Shown: piece after piece, positions 23,266 to 35,280 of the stretch | How the letters are laid out: each line of letters opens with the position of its first letter | Position numbering within the stretch: position 1 is the stretch's first letter | From: Takakia lepidozioides | Taxonomy: Eukaryota; Plantae; Bryophyta | NCBI GenBank assembly: GCA_030704615.1 | Contig: CM060732.1 | Coordinates: 51,708,001 to 51,772,000 of the forward strand | DNA: 64,000 bases | Reading direction: 5' to 3' | Notes under the pieces: generated by a model | The model's database searches: none | What the model was told of the DNA's origin: nothing | What the model saw: only the letters and a program-made list of their open reading frames with translations | Program-made: the position numbers and the translations under genes

Positions 23266-26200
23266 ATGGCCTCCCAGGCCATGGGCTCCCTTGACGCGGA
23301 CTTCTTCAGTGAGGACCACCCTGTGCCATTTTCTTACGAGGTGGAAGATGATGGTTTTGCGGTGGTGCATGAACTCGTCCTCGCAACGCAGTTTCGGTTG
23401 GAAAATGGAAGTCTATTCGTTCAGAGGGAAGTGTACGATGCCAATGGAAAACTGGTCAAGTACGCGTTCCAGAAACCTTCGCATACTGCACCAACCACAC
23501 AATGGAGAGTGCCTCCAGGCAGATACAGGGTGCTTAGTGCTCCTCTGAGACAGTCTGCAGGATCGTTCGTAACTCCTGGCACGGCAGCATCAGTGGCCCA
23601 GGAGAAACACCCGTGGTTGTCAAGAAGGAGACGAGTAGCGTTAACACTGTGGTTGAGCTTTCGGACTCATCCTCCGATGACACATGTGCAATACCGCCCG
23701 TGGATCAGCCATGTCCACATGTAGAAGCAGATGTGGAGGAGATCACCAGTGTCATTCCTAAACTGAAAGCCATGGGTGGGATGGCAGGATTCAAGAGTGA
23801 GTTTGAGGGGATAGACTGGAGCACTTTCAATATTCAGAGGGTGGCATTCTTGCCGGAATCTTTTGATGGTAATACTGTTTTCGAGCTGCCTCCTCCTGGT
23901 CGCGTGTGGGGGCATTTCTAGTCTCCTGGAAGGAATGGACAAAAAGCACGATGGGCACCCTTGGTGCCGCACAAAAACCTCCAATATTCACAACAACGAC
24001 AAACTCATATTCAGGCGAACAGTCTGTAATGGGCACCTGAAATGCGAGAACATGAAATGCAGACACTTCGCATTGTCAGGTGTGCAAAACCAAAGCGAAT
24101 GGGATGGTGTCAGTGAGAATCCATTCAAGCCTGGGGTGACACCACCATACAGTAACACTTTTGTGTGAAGTTCTGTAGTGGTACCACCCCTTGCTGCCTT
24201 GCTTTGTGTGGCGCCAGAATGTATTATGTGGTGCATCGATTCAAAACCCTGACTAGAGCCTGTGTCCATTTCGGTTTTCACAACCACCCTGTGTCCAAGG
24301 GGGATTATAGGAGAGCGTTGACACAGTCTCGCGTCTGATAAGGCAAGAGTTGGATACCAATCCAACTGGAACCACATCTGCAATTGCCATGGGGCGAGCA
24401 AGTCCTTTCTGGAAAGCCGTATTCTGTGTGCATCAAATTCGGTTGGAGGAATACTGGAGGGACCAGCTTTGGACACTGTTATGGACCATTTCTCAACTTT
24501 GACTTCTCCAAACATTAGGAATCAGGTGAACGCTTTAAGAATGGGCTCTGGGAGCCGAGGTTATATGGACAATATTATGGATTTGAAGAAAAGGAGCATG
24601 TACGACTACATCCAAGACATCGTTTTCCCGGGACAAGGAGCCAGGAAAGTGTTCTTGTTCAAAATGTCCACAAAAGGTGAGGGCAGCGGGGTCAGCCTGG
24701 TTAAACGTATGCAGAAGGGTGGCGATCTTGGCAACTGCTTCCTTATGTTCGATCATGTCAAGAGGGTTAAAGACTGGACCACAATGGCATGTCATGTTTA
24801 CGACCCTGTGTACCAGCGGGTCATGACAATTGCAGTGTGTGACATGCAGTCAGAGGACACAGATTCACAACAGCTCATGTGGAAGCTCTCATTCGTGTTA
24901 TGGCCTCCAATGGTCTCCCATCTCCCAATTTCGTTGGTTTCATGGCCGATAGTGCTCAAGCTAACTTCAACGCTGTCCGCATTGTTTCGGGACGGGAGAT
25001 CCCAAAAGTGCAATGCCTGGAAGAGAACGTACGTGTCTTTTCCATTGGACACAATCCCTGGACAAACACACAAAGACATACATCAAGCCAGATATGCAGA
25101 CTATGCATCGTCAACTGTGCAAACAGTACAAAGACGCCAAAACTATGGGGGAAGCGAATACATTGTTCCAGACAATTCGTGCCTGGTGGTACTCATCTGG
25201 AGCGGCATCGGAGGACAGCATGAGGGCACTGCAAGACTGGTTCGCATTTTGGCACTTCCGTTACCGACAGTGGGAGCGGCCATGACAACGGTGAGTGGTT
25301 TGCATTCACCTTCGTTTGGGTGCTTCGGATATATGCTTTCATGGTCCAATCCTTATATCGGTTTTGTGTTTTTTTGCCTTGCAGCATATGTCCATTGAGG
25401 AGATGGCGGACATGCCTTCTTGCAATCTTGCGGAGACAGTGCACAATGCCTGGTTGCAGCAATCCGGCAAAAAAGGAAGAGATTTGTATGCGGCGACGGC
25501 CGATGACCTTATTCGTGCTCTGCAGCAAACCAGATACAGGTCATTCTTGAGGGGTGGCCTTGGTGGCAAAGGCCCGGACAGGAGCGAGTTGATGTTGCGG
25601 GCAGCTGGAAGATCAGGGGATCCCAGCAAAATAGCGCGGGCCGTGAGCATATGTGCAGATGGCACCCCTCTCGTGGGAAGAGTTCCCCATCTGGAAGGCG
25701 AAGAGAGATTCGGGTCTTTGCAAACGGAAATTGGACACCCCTCCGGATCGGATGCAGATTCCCATAGGGCGGACAGGGTGAACTTCTCGACGCCACGTGT
25801 TCCCTTGGATCAGAGATGGAATTGCGGAACATCCACATGTGAGGGCTACTCTGCCCCAGAGCGGACCCCTGCATCAAGCACTGTCACTGCAATGGTTGAA
25901 GACCAGACACGTGGTGCCGCATATAATCGAGTCCATGGGCTTGGACGAGGTTTGGCATATAGAACGCCCAAGTGCTGGATCGCGTGTGAAATGCGCGGCG
26001 ATCAGGGCCACCAATCATGAAAAATGTACATCATTAATATCCAGAGGAAAGAACGCACTGCAGCTCCTACATTCACGGGTTTGTTTCTCCCTTACGGACA
26101 AGGCAAGGCAAAGAACCACAAGTTCTGGTTCTGCGCTGACGATTGTGGGAGATGTGTGCATGGGACAGTGAGGCCTTCCGTGGTAAGGAAGCCTACTCCA

Positions 26201-26761
26201 CCACCGTGTGGCCTGTGAAGATGGGCACAGGTCTCACTCACGAGAGATCGCAATGCTGGAAGAGGCGGGTTTCTCCCTAGCCAGACATTCCATTGACGTG
26301 AAGGTGCTTCAAGTAGAAGCGGTTCACGGGTACCTCCGCCTGACGCTCACTTGTTGGGCCAACCAGACGGAATGGAAGCTTGGTTCGACGATTCCCTCCA
26401 ACCGCAGAACACTACGGCAAATTGAGTCGCCAGAATGCTTCACGCTCGTGTTGCGGGAACAATGAGTGTGCCTGATCCAGGGTATGGTCGGTCTTCACCA
26501 TGATCTCTCCGCATCTGCGCTGCAGGACAGGACGTAACGACATCACTGTTTCCTAATTTTCCCAATTGTACATGTCCTGATTTTGTTGGTATGCTTTCAA
26601 GTAGTTTGGGAAAGAGAGGGAAGTTCATACCGTGCAAACACCTTTACTTCATCTTCTTGAGAAGGATGGTTTGTGATCCAAAGCACGACTTCTTCATTCA
26701 CCAAGCCACTATGAGTTTCAACGAAGTCAACACACTTCTACAGCGGGATACAACCCCATAA
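23266..26761 (+). pseudogene. Mutator-like transposase: GCM-like Zn domain, DDE core, C-terminal SWIM
   Basis: DGHPWCRTKTSN..CNGHLKCENMKC..HFGFHNHP; D1 in MFDHV; D2 in FMADSAQA; CLFH (MULE CxxH); E in CNLAETVH; SWIM CTCPDF-x-CKH at ~26567-26641; stop at 26759-26761. Intron ~25291-25384; several frameshifts. Confidence 0.87.
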
Positions 26762-26940
26762 AAATCTGTGTTTTCCTTGACTACAACTTGTAATGGGAAT
26801 GACTGTTCAAGTCTAGTGTCTCTCAATGTATGTCATCTAACATCTTTGCTATGCGTGGGTCAATGCATTTGTCGCATTGGTTTGTCATTCTTTTCATTAG
26901 CAAACACAAGAAACTACCTTCAGATAGACAGATGATCAAA

Positions 26941-27140
26941 TCAACCTCGTGTCAATACGAGGTTTACTTGAAGTTCTCCAAATCCCCCTTGTGTCGACAC
27001 AAGGGTTGATTTTAGTTCTCAGAAAAACAACATCGTGTCAACACGAAGTTCATTTTTGTTCCAGGAAAACAACCCTCGTGTTAACACGAGGTTTACTTGA
27101 AGTTTCTCCAAATCCCCCTTGTGTCGACACAAGGTTCATT
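26941..27140. repeat. Five subterminal palindromes, consensus AACCT(C/T)GTGTYRACAC(G/A)AGGTT
   Basis: Copies at ~26941, 26986, 27028, 27070 and 27116; variant of the intronic palindrome. Confidence 0.85.
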
Positions 27141-27418
27141 TCAGTTCTATGAAATGAAGCTCCTGTTAATAGAAGGTTGAACTCCAGGAAAGCCCAAAAC
27201 CCTTCATCCGTTTCACCTTCATGTGGTGAAATCAGCAGTTGGGGGCTCCACGGTTATAGGCCCACCTTCTTTGTGGTGACGTGGCATGACCTGGACCAGG
27301 CTCACGCCACATCAGCAGCGTGAGCGTAGGCTCACGCCACGTCAGCAGCGTAAGCGTAGGCTCACGCCACGTCATCGTTGTGTGAGCGTACGCTCACATG
27401 CTCACGCGGTAGCGTCGT

Positions 27419-28903
27419 TGCTACTGTGTCCTGGTGTTCTTCTTCTGGGACTTCTGTCACAGGTGTGGGTATTACCCGCACAGTAGGGATTTCGGTGGAC
27501 CGACTCTGCACCTCCGGTTCTACTCTTCCCCTGCCCAAGCTAGAGTCTTCATAGAGAAGGTCACCCTTCTCTATCTCTGCCACAATTTGCTCTGTAGTGG
27601 GAATATCTAACCCTTCTTTCTCCAAAACAATAGGCTGTGGTGGAGTAGCATGGACTATTTGAGGTAACTCTGAGACAACCCTATCATCTGGCTGTGATGG
27701 CTGTGATACTGAAGTAACTTCTTGTTCTCTCTCCACAGGTTGTGCTGTTTGTAACCACAGCTCTCTGTGCTGCTGTGCCCCCTCCTGCACCAGAGTTTGG
27801 TTAACATCTTCTTGCGGCTGTCTTGAAGCCAATGGTTCTACCTCCATTGTGATCCCATTTCTTTGTCTCTTAGGCTGTTGTTGCTTTGCCAGCCCCCCTT
27901 CACCATGTGAAGAACCTTGCTCTTCCATTGCAGTGGTTGTTGTCTCAAACACTCCCATCTCCTTCCGTTCTCTCGCATCAAGTATGCACGAGTCCAGAAT
28001 AATTTGTGCAATGATTGGCCCAGACACTATGATAGGAGACTTAGCAACAGTGCCTTGTAATCTCTTCATCTCCTCTACCAGACCGTTGTACATTATCTCT
28101 GCCCATGCCACATCTTCTCCTCTTAGGGCTTTGAGTATCTCCTCTGTGAATGACTTACTCAAATACTGTTGGTTCTGTTTCATGGCAAACAGAACGTTCA
28201 GTATTTGGCCTACCTCTCTGAGCCTTGGGTACTCGGCCTTGGTACATGCATAACCCTGAGTTTTAAGGAAACTCCCTTCTTGGAACATGTCCCCAATCTG
28301 CAATCTTGCCCTGTGTTCATCCACCTGTACTTGACCTGATGGAAATTCAAACAGTTGCTGTAGATACTGGGGAGTAACTCCTATTTCTACTCCCTTCACC
28401 CTGGTTACTCTGGTCTTAGGCTCAAAGTTCTGCAAAAATTGCAGCATGTACTGCCTATGATGCAATGTCCAATCCTTGCGTTGCAATCCCTCTAATCGCA
28501 GCTCCTTTAGTAGCTGCACCGCCTGTGGTGTAGCAATCGTTTGTTTCTGCAAGATTGTGGTGCTCTTCACCCTTATATCCTCCATTCCTCTCACCCTCTT
28601 CATCCTAGACAAACAGAAAGGTTTTGGTTGCAACAACTGAAGAAACGCCTGCAGGGCGCAAAACATAAATGTATGGTTGGCACAGAATGAAATGGGTAAG
28701 TGCTTGTAAGCCTGTGGGGCTTGCAAGTATCGATTTAGAGAAAATGTACTCTCTGCTCTTTCGTCCTTATGCCACTGCGTAAGTAGCAAGGCGAGCGTGT
28801 AGTCTGTTATTTCCTCCATAGCTTCAAAGCTATAGCATTGATGGTCTCCCCCGTCGAGATGCCCGTTACTTGGAACGACGCCGACTCTTGCGCTCAGAAT
28901 CCC
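27419..28903 (-). pseudogene. Gypsy accessory 3' ORF (inverted copy; continues at 16575-16272)
   Basis: MKRVRGMEDIRVKS..YMLQFLQNF..VKGVEIGVTPQYLQQLFEFP is closely paralogous to 33756-35280. The listed ORF's N-terminus comes from the adjacent solo LTR. Confidence 0.8.
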
Positions 28904-30084
28904 TGTAGGTCGAAGGGAGGTGATGAGCAAAACACGGAAGGCGTGCAAAAAGCAGACAAAAGGGATACTAGGGTTATGAAGTGGGGAGATGAAAGTGTGA
29001 TTTATCATTGGAGTTAACATGATGAAGTTGACAAATTGTCATCAGCGGATGGACAGTGAGAAAGTTGGATGGTGAAACAGGGATGAAATAGCCAATTGGT
29101 ATTAATGGATGGATGACGAGCTGGCAGGATGACAGGCTAGATTCTTCATCACGAGGACTGACACTTCAGGCCTAAGACAAAAGACTGAACGGTGATTTAG
29201 TGGGCAGAGCGGCCACAATAATATTAGCTAGGACAAAGGATGGATAGGAAGAGGTACACGTTGCTTTAAGATATATTTAGCCAAACAACCAGGCCAGTGG
29301 CACAAAGGGGGATAATACCCGGTGGCCACTAAAATCTTTAGGCCTGAAGTTACAAAAATTAAGTGTGGGGTCTAGAGATTGAATGATCACGTGAAGTGGT
29401 GGCGTAGATAGATACCAAAGTTATGATCACGAGAAGTATAAGACAAGTGGTGGCGGATAGTCATCTCTCTGAGACTTCAGCACTGGTTTACGTTTCTTTT
29501 CAGTAAAGCATGGGATTATGACGATTCTGGAGTGAGCACTAGTGGAGCTTGAGGTGGAAGTAGAATGACTCTAGCATAGAGGTGGGGTTGGGATGGTAGA
29601 AAGATTGTGTGAAGCCCAATTCTCAGGCATCTAAGCATCTGATTCATGGTTACAAAAGATGTCAAGCTGTAGGCTTAGCGAGCATACATGATACAGGTTG
29701 TGTACTAAGAAGGGTGAACATGCTGCCAGCATGTAGTGGAATGGTTCCTCCATGCACTTCTCTGCAAAGTCAAGTCAGACACATGTGTTAATATGAGAGC
29801 AAAGCATGAACATTACAGGATTTAAAGTGAGCATCACGACAGGCATAGCGTGACCGGTGAAATGCCACAAGACATGGATCAAAGCGAGTGAAGAAGCCAA
29901 GCTCGATGGCATTTGGTTACCCTCCATGGATCATCAAGAAAAGAAGACGAGCAACATGTCTAGGAAACTCTTAATTACAAATCGTCATTTGTCTCCAGGT
30001 TTTCTCTTCCGCTGCAGCCTGGGATAAATGGTGGACTGACTGGATGAATTGTCATGGGTTGCAGGCCCTTTATTTTTACTTACA
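28904..30084. mobile_element. Solo LTR (1181 bp), related to LTR B
   Basis: TGTAGG...CTTACA ends with a tccc duplication on both sides. Flanks rejoin to match 33660-33685. Shares the ggg..aatacccg..ctaaa motif with 5270-5300. Confidence 0.8.
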
Positions 30085-30524
30085 TCCCTTCAATTTCTTG
30101 ATCTTGCTTTTTGGAAAATACCCCCTGCAGGTAATTCTGGATTATGATTGGCTGTTGCTGCTGTGACTGGCTTTTGGGTTTAATTTCTTTCAGTGGACTT
30201 TCCCCCTGGGAATGTCCACTAGGATAATACGTGTGACAAGGATTTCGCTTTTATGTACTTGAAAAGGGTTCCGCCACCCTTTCCATGTTTGCATTAATGG
30301 GCCCATAATTCGTTTGGATTGACGTGCTGGGTATGTACTTTGACGGCCAGTTTTGTCTTCTTTCTTGACGACGCCTGTTCTTGCAATTCATGCCCGGCTG
30401 TGTGTCTTGCCCTGGCTTCCACGTGTCCATTTCTAAACTGGCTTCCGTCCTTTCTTCCGCCGGCCATTTCCCGGACGTTATCCTGCGTCCCCCTGTCACT
30501 GATCCTATGGACTGTGTAATCCTG

Positions 30525-30752
30525 GTAGGCTGTGTTGGACTGTGACAGGCTGTGTGCCACTATGCTGGGCTGTGATAGGCTGTGTGACCCTGTGAAGGGC
30601 TATGATAGGCTGTGTGACCCTGTGATGGGCTTTGATAGGCTGTGTGACCCTGTGATGGGCTGTGATAGGATGTGTCACACTTTGCTGAGCTATGATAGGC
30701 TGTGTGACACTGTGATGGGCTCTGATAGGTTGTGTCACACTGTGCTGGGCTG
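30525..30752. repeat. 10/30-bp tandem repeat (tgataggctgtgtgaccctgtgatgggc)
   Basis: About 7 units of 30 bp. Same motif class as the LTR A repeats and 33170-33230. Confidence 0.85.
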
Positions 30753-30784
30753 TTTGAACACCTGTGTTCCTTGCTCAGATCATT

Positions 30785-33030
30785 CCCAATACAAAGTCAT
30801 GCCTTTTGGACTTTGTAATGCACCAGCAACCTTTCAAAGAGTGATAAGTGAATCTTTTCATGAGTATCTGGATGATTTCATGCATGTGTTCTTGGATGAT
30901 TTCAGTGTGTACAGCTCTAAGAATGAGCACTTGCATAAATTGGAGTTATGTTTGGCCAGATGCAGGATGAGAGGTCTGGGCCTGAATCCAGAGAAGTGTA
31001 CTTTCTGTGTGAACTCAGGGGTGCTTTTGGGACACATTGTGTGTAACAGGGGACTTCTTGTGGATCCCAGAAAGACAAAGGCCATTAAAGCCTCTCCACC
31101 ACCAGTAAATGTTAAGAGTTTAAGGAGATTCCTTGGACAAACCAGTTATTACAGAAGATTTGTCAGACGGTATGCACAGATAGCAGTACCATTGAGCAAG
31201 ATTCTGAAGAAAGATGCAGTGTTTGCATGGACAGCTGAATGTCAACAGGCTTTTGAGGAACTTACATTGTCAGTAACAACTACACCGGTGCTGATTAACC
31301 CTCACTGGCATGTAGTATTTCATGTTCACTGTGATGCCTCAGGAGGAGAAGCGTTGGGAGCAGTGTTAGCCCAAAATGTTACAGGAAATATAGATTCATC
31401 TGTGTACTATGCTAGCAGGTTGATGAACAGTGCTGAAAGGAACTATAGCATAACTGAAAGAGAAGCACTGGCAATGATTTATGCAGTCACGAAATTCAGG
31501 CATTACCTATTGGGAAGGAAGTTTATGTTTTATGTGGATCACCAGGCTCTGATATATCTGGTGAACAAACCTTTGATAAGTGGAAGGATAACAATGTGGT
31601 TAATAATCTTGCACGAGTTTGAGTTTGAGGTTGTTTACAAGCCTGGTCGGTTGCATCTTGTAGCAGATCACTTGTCACGCCTATCAATAGGAGAGCAAGC
31701 CACAGGAATAGACGACCAATTACCTGATGCGAGTTTATTTGCAGTGGAGGTGCAGGGAAGTGCAGATGACTAGTTAGATTGGCAGTGGCCAATCAGATAC
31801 TACCTTACTCATGGTCAATGCCCACCTAGTTATGGGGAAGAGCAGAGGAAGAGAATCGCTATCAAGGCTTTACCTTATACTATGGTAGGGGGCAGAATGT
31901 ACAAGCTAGGACCTGATGGAGTACTTAAACGATGCTTGTACCACCATGAAATAAATAAAGTTTTGGAGGAAGTTCATAAAGGAGTGGCTGGAGGTCATTT
32001 TGAAGAAGAGACTACGAATAGAAAGATACTACTTGCAGGTTACTGGTGGCCTACTTTGTTCAAAGATGTACACAAGTATTGTAAGAGTTGTGATGAGTGT
32101 CAGAGGCTAGGACCATTGCAGAGATTTGGGAAGATGGCTTTGCATCCTACGATGCCTACTGAACCATTTCAGAAATGGGGACTAGACTTTGTTGGACCAA
32201 TTAACCCACCAGCCAAGAATACACAGAACAAGTATATAATCACAGCCACTGATTATACTACAAAGTGGGTGGAAGCTAAGGCTCTAAGGGACAACACAGC
32301 TAAGTCCACAGCAAGGTTCATGTATGAGAACATACTTACACGATTTGGCTGTCCCCTGGAATTTATCAGTGACCAGGGAAGTCACTTCATCAATGAGACC
32401 ATAGAACTCTTGACTAAAGAGTTCATGATTGTGCATAGGAAGAGTACAACTTATTACCCACAGGGTAATGGGCAGGCAGAGGCTACCAACAAAATACTAT
32501 GTACTATCTTGGCTAAGATAGTCAATGCAAACAGAACAGATTGAGATACAAAGCTGCTAACAACTTTGTGGTCATACATGACTTCATATAAAGTCACCAC
32601 TAAGTATACACCATTCCAATTAGTTTATGGTATGGAAGCTTTACTTCCAGTCGAATTCTTGTTACCTACCATGAGAACTAAATGGGGAAGGAGAATGGAA
32701 TTGGAAGATTTAATTAAGGTCAGGAAACATGAATTATACCATGTGGAAGAAGTACGTGCTGATGCAGCTGATAACATGACCAAAATTCAGATGAAGAGGA
32801 AGGATCAGTTTGATGAAGGTAAATTAAAGACTTTTAAGATGGGATATTTGGTTCTGTGGTTACCAAAGAAGGGGAAGATTAAGGCTTCTAAGCTTAAATC
32901 ACCATGGAAAGGACCTCATGTCATACAGAAGATGTATGATAACAACACCGCCATGTTACAAACCATTAACAAAGAGATGCTGGGAAGAGTCAATGCCAAT
33001 AAGTCGAAGGGATACAGTGGTATCCATGAC
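30785..33030 (+). pseudogene. Ty3/Gypsy pol: RT (partial), RNase H, integrase
   Basis: YKVMPFGLCNAPATFQR, VFLDDF, HCDAS..AERNYSITEREALA..YVDHQAL, HHCC zinc finger, WGLDFVGP, ISDQGSHF, YYPQGNGQAE, WKGPH. In-frame stops; no chromodomain. Confidence 0.95.
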
Positions 33031-33755
33031 AAACCATTGCGGCACGACTTGCATATTGAAACACAGAAACAGTCACGGGCTGCACCGGTAATACCAACGG
33101 AGCATGAAGCACTTGTCGTAAAGCCGAATGTGTATGGCCTGAGCGGAGAACACGGGTGTTCGCATAGTTATCACAGCCCACCACAGTTTGACACAGCCTA
33201 TCACAGCCCAACACAGCCCACGCGGGCTACACAGTCCATAGGGTCAGTGACAGGTGGACGTGGGTTAACATCCAGAAAGTGGCCGGCAAAGTGGACAAGG
33301 CAAACGCGAAGAAAGTGGCGGACAGGGAAAGACGCAGACAAGTCTAGAAACGAAACGTTGCACACCGCAGATATTGCAAAAGCGGGTGTCATCATGCAAG
33401 AAGACAAATTGGGCCGTCAAAGTACCTACCCAGTACATCAACCCAAACTAATTGTGGGCCCATTAATGCATTCAGGGCAAGGGTAACGGAACCCTTTATG
33501 AGTACAAGAAATGGGGATCTTTGCCACGTGTGCTATCCCAGTGGACATTCCAGGGGGGGAAGTCCATTGAGGGGAGTTAAAATAAGAAGTTACCCAAGGA
33601 GGCAACAGCCAATCACGAACGAAAATTACATGCAGGTGGTTTCCTCCAAGAAACAACAGCAAGAAATTAGCAGGGTCATGAGCGCGAGAGTCGGGGTGAC
33701 TCCGAATAACCAGCGTCTTGGCAGGAGAGACAATCAAAGCGATAGCTTTGTAGCT

Positions 33756-35280
33756 ATGGTGGATATCACAGATTATACGCTCGCTTTACTTCTCACGCAG
33801 TGGCACAAGGACGGACGGGTTGAGAGTACATTCTCTCTCACTCGATACTTGCAAGCCCCACAGGCTTACACACACTTACCCGTTCCATTCTATGCCAACC
33901 ATACTTTTATGCTCTGTGCCTTGCAAGCTTTTCTCCAGTTGTTTCAAACAAGGTCTTTTTTTTTGTCTAGAATGAAGAGAGTGAGGGGAATGGAGGATAT
34001 CAGGGTGAAGAGCACCACGATACTGCAGAAGCAAACAATTGCTACACCGCAGGCAGTGCAGCTGCTGAGGGAGTTGTGATTGGAGGGGCTGCTACGCAAG
34101 GACTGGTCCTTGCATCATCGGCAATATATGCTTCAATTTCTTCATAACTTTGAGCGAGGGATGGGAGTAACCCAGGTGAGGGGAGTAGATATAGAAATTA
34201 CTCCCCAGTACCTACAGCAATTGTTCGAATTGCCATCGGGTCATGTAGATGTGGATGAGCACAGGGCAAGATTGCAGATTGGGGACATGTTCCAAGAAGG
34301 GAGTTTCTTTAAGACTCAAGGTTACGCCTGCACCAAAGCCGAGTACCCAGGGCTCAGAGAAGTTGGCCAAATACTGAGCGTTTTGTTTGCCATGAAACAG
34401 AACCAACAGTATTTGAGCAAGTCATTCACAGAGGAGATACTAAAAGCCTTGCGAGGAGAGGATGTAGCTTGGGCAGAGTTAATGTACAATGGTCTGGTGG
34501 AAGAGATGAAGAGGTTACAGGGTATTGCTGCTAAGTCTCCGATCATCGTGTCTGGCCCAGTCATTGCTCAGATCATTCTTGACTCTTGCATACTTGATGC
34601 GTAAGAACGTAAGGAGATAGGAGTGTTTGAGCCAACAACCACTGCAATGGAGGAGCAGGGTTCTTCACATAGTGAGGGGGGACTGGCAGAGCAACAATAG
34701 TCTAAGAGACAGAAGAGGGGTATCACTGTAGTGGCAGATCCATTGGCTTCAAGAAAGCCGCAAGATGATGTTTCCCAAGCTCTTGTGTAGGATGGGGCAT
34801 AGCAGTACAGAGGGCTGTTATTACTAAAAGCACGACCTTTGGAGAGGGAAGAAGAAGTCACTTTGGTACCACAGCCATCACAGCCAGTTGAATCGGTTGT
34901 CTCAAAGGTACCTCAGTTAGTACATGTTGTTCCACCAGAGCCTATTGCTCTGGAAAGAGAAGGGTTGGACATTCCCACTACAGAGCAGGTCGTGGCAGAA
35001 ATTGAGAAGGGTGACCTTCTCTATGAAAACTCTGGCTTGGTCAGGGAATCAGTGGTACCAGAGGTGCAGAGTCTGTCCAGGGAAATCCCTGCTGTGCATG
35101 TAATAACCACACCTATGACGGAGGTACCAGGTAGAATAGAATATAAGGACACGGCAGCACCTGTGGAGGATGAGGTGGTTTAGGAAGAGGATCTGGTGGG
35201 GCAATGACCTGAATGGTTGGTGAAGCATCACACTGTGGAGGATCAGGGAGAACAACAGCAAATTCATCATGATGACCCCC
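33756..35280 (+). pseudogene. Gypsy accessory ORF downstream of integrase
   Basis: Sense-strand ORF after INT with several in-frame stops; paralog of 27419-28903. Confidence 0.8.

Larger units (their letters stand above)
16576..27418. mobile_element. Full-length Mutator-like DNA transposon (~10.8 kb) with ParB-methyltransferase cargo
   Basis: TSD tgctactgtgt at 16565-16575 and 27419-27429. The interrupted Gypsy ORF rejoins across it (uninterrupted paralog at ~35150). Imperfect inverted ends CGCGTGAGC(C/A)TGTGAGC; subterminal CTCACGCCACGTCA repeats at both ends. Confidence 0.9.

Noticed and set aside
19190-27140. GTYRAC (HincII-type) as the MTase target site
   Set aside because: The TG/CA/TA/CG centres are more simply explained by CpG deamination; there is no evidence for specificity.
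27362-29020. Intact 552-aa host gene
   Set aside because: Chimeric ORF: N-terminus from a solo LTR, core from the Gypsy accessory ORF, C-terminus from the MULE end.
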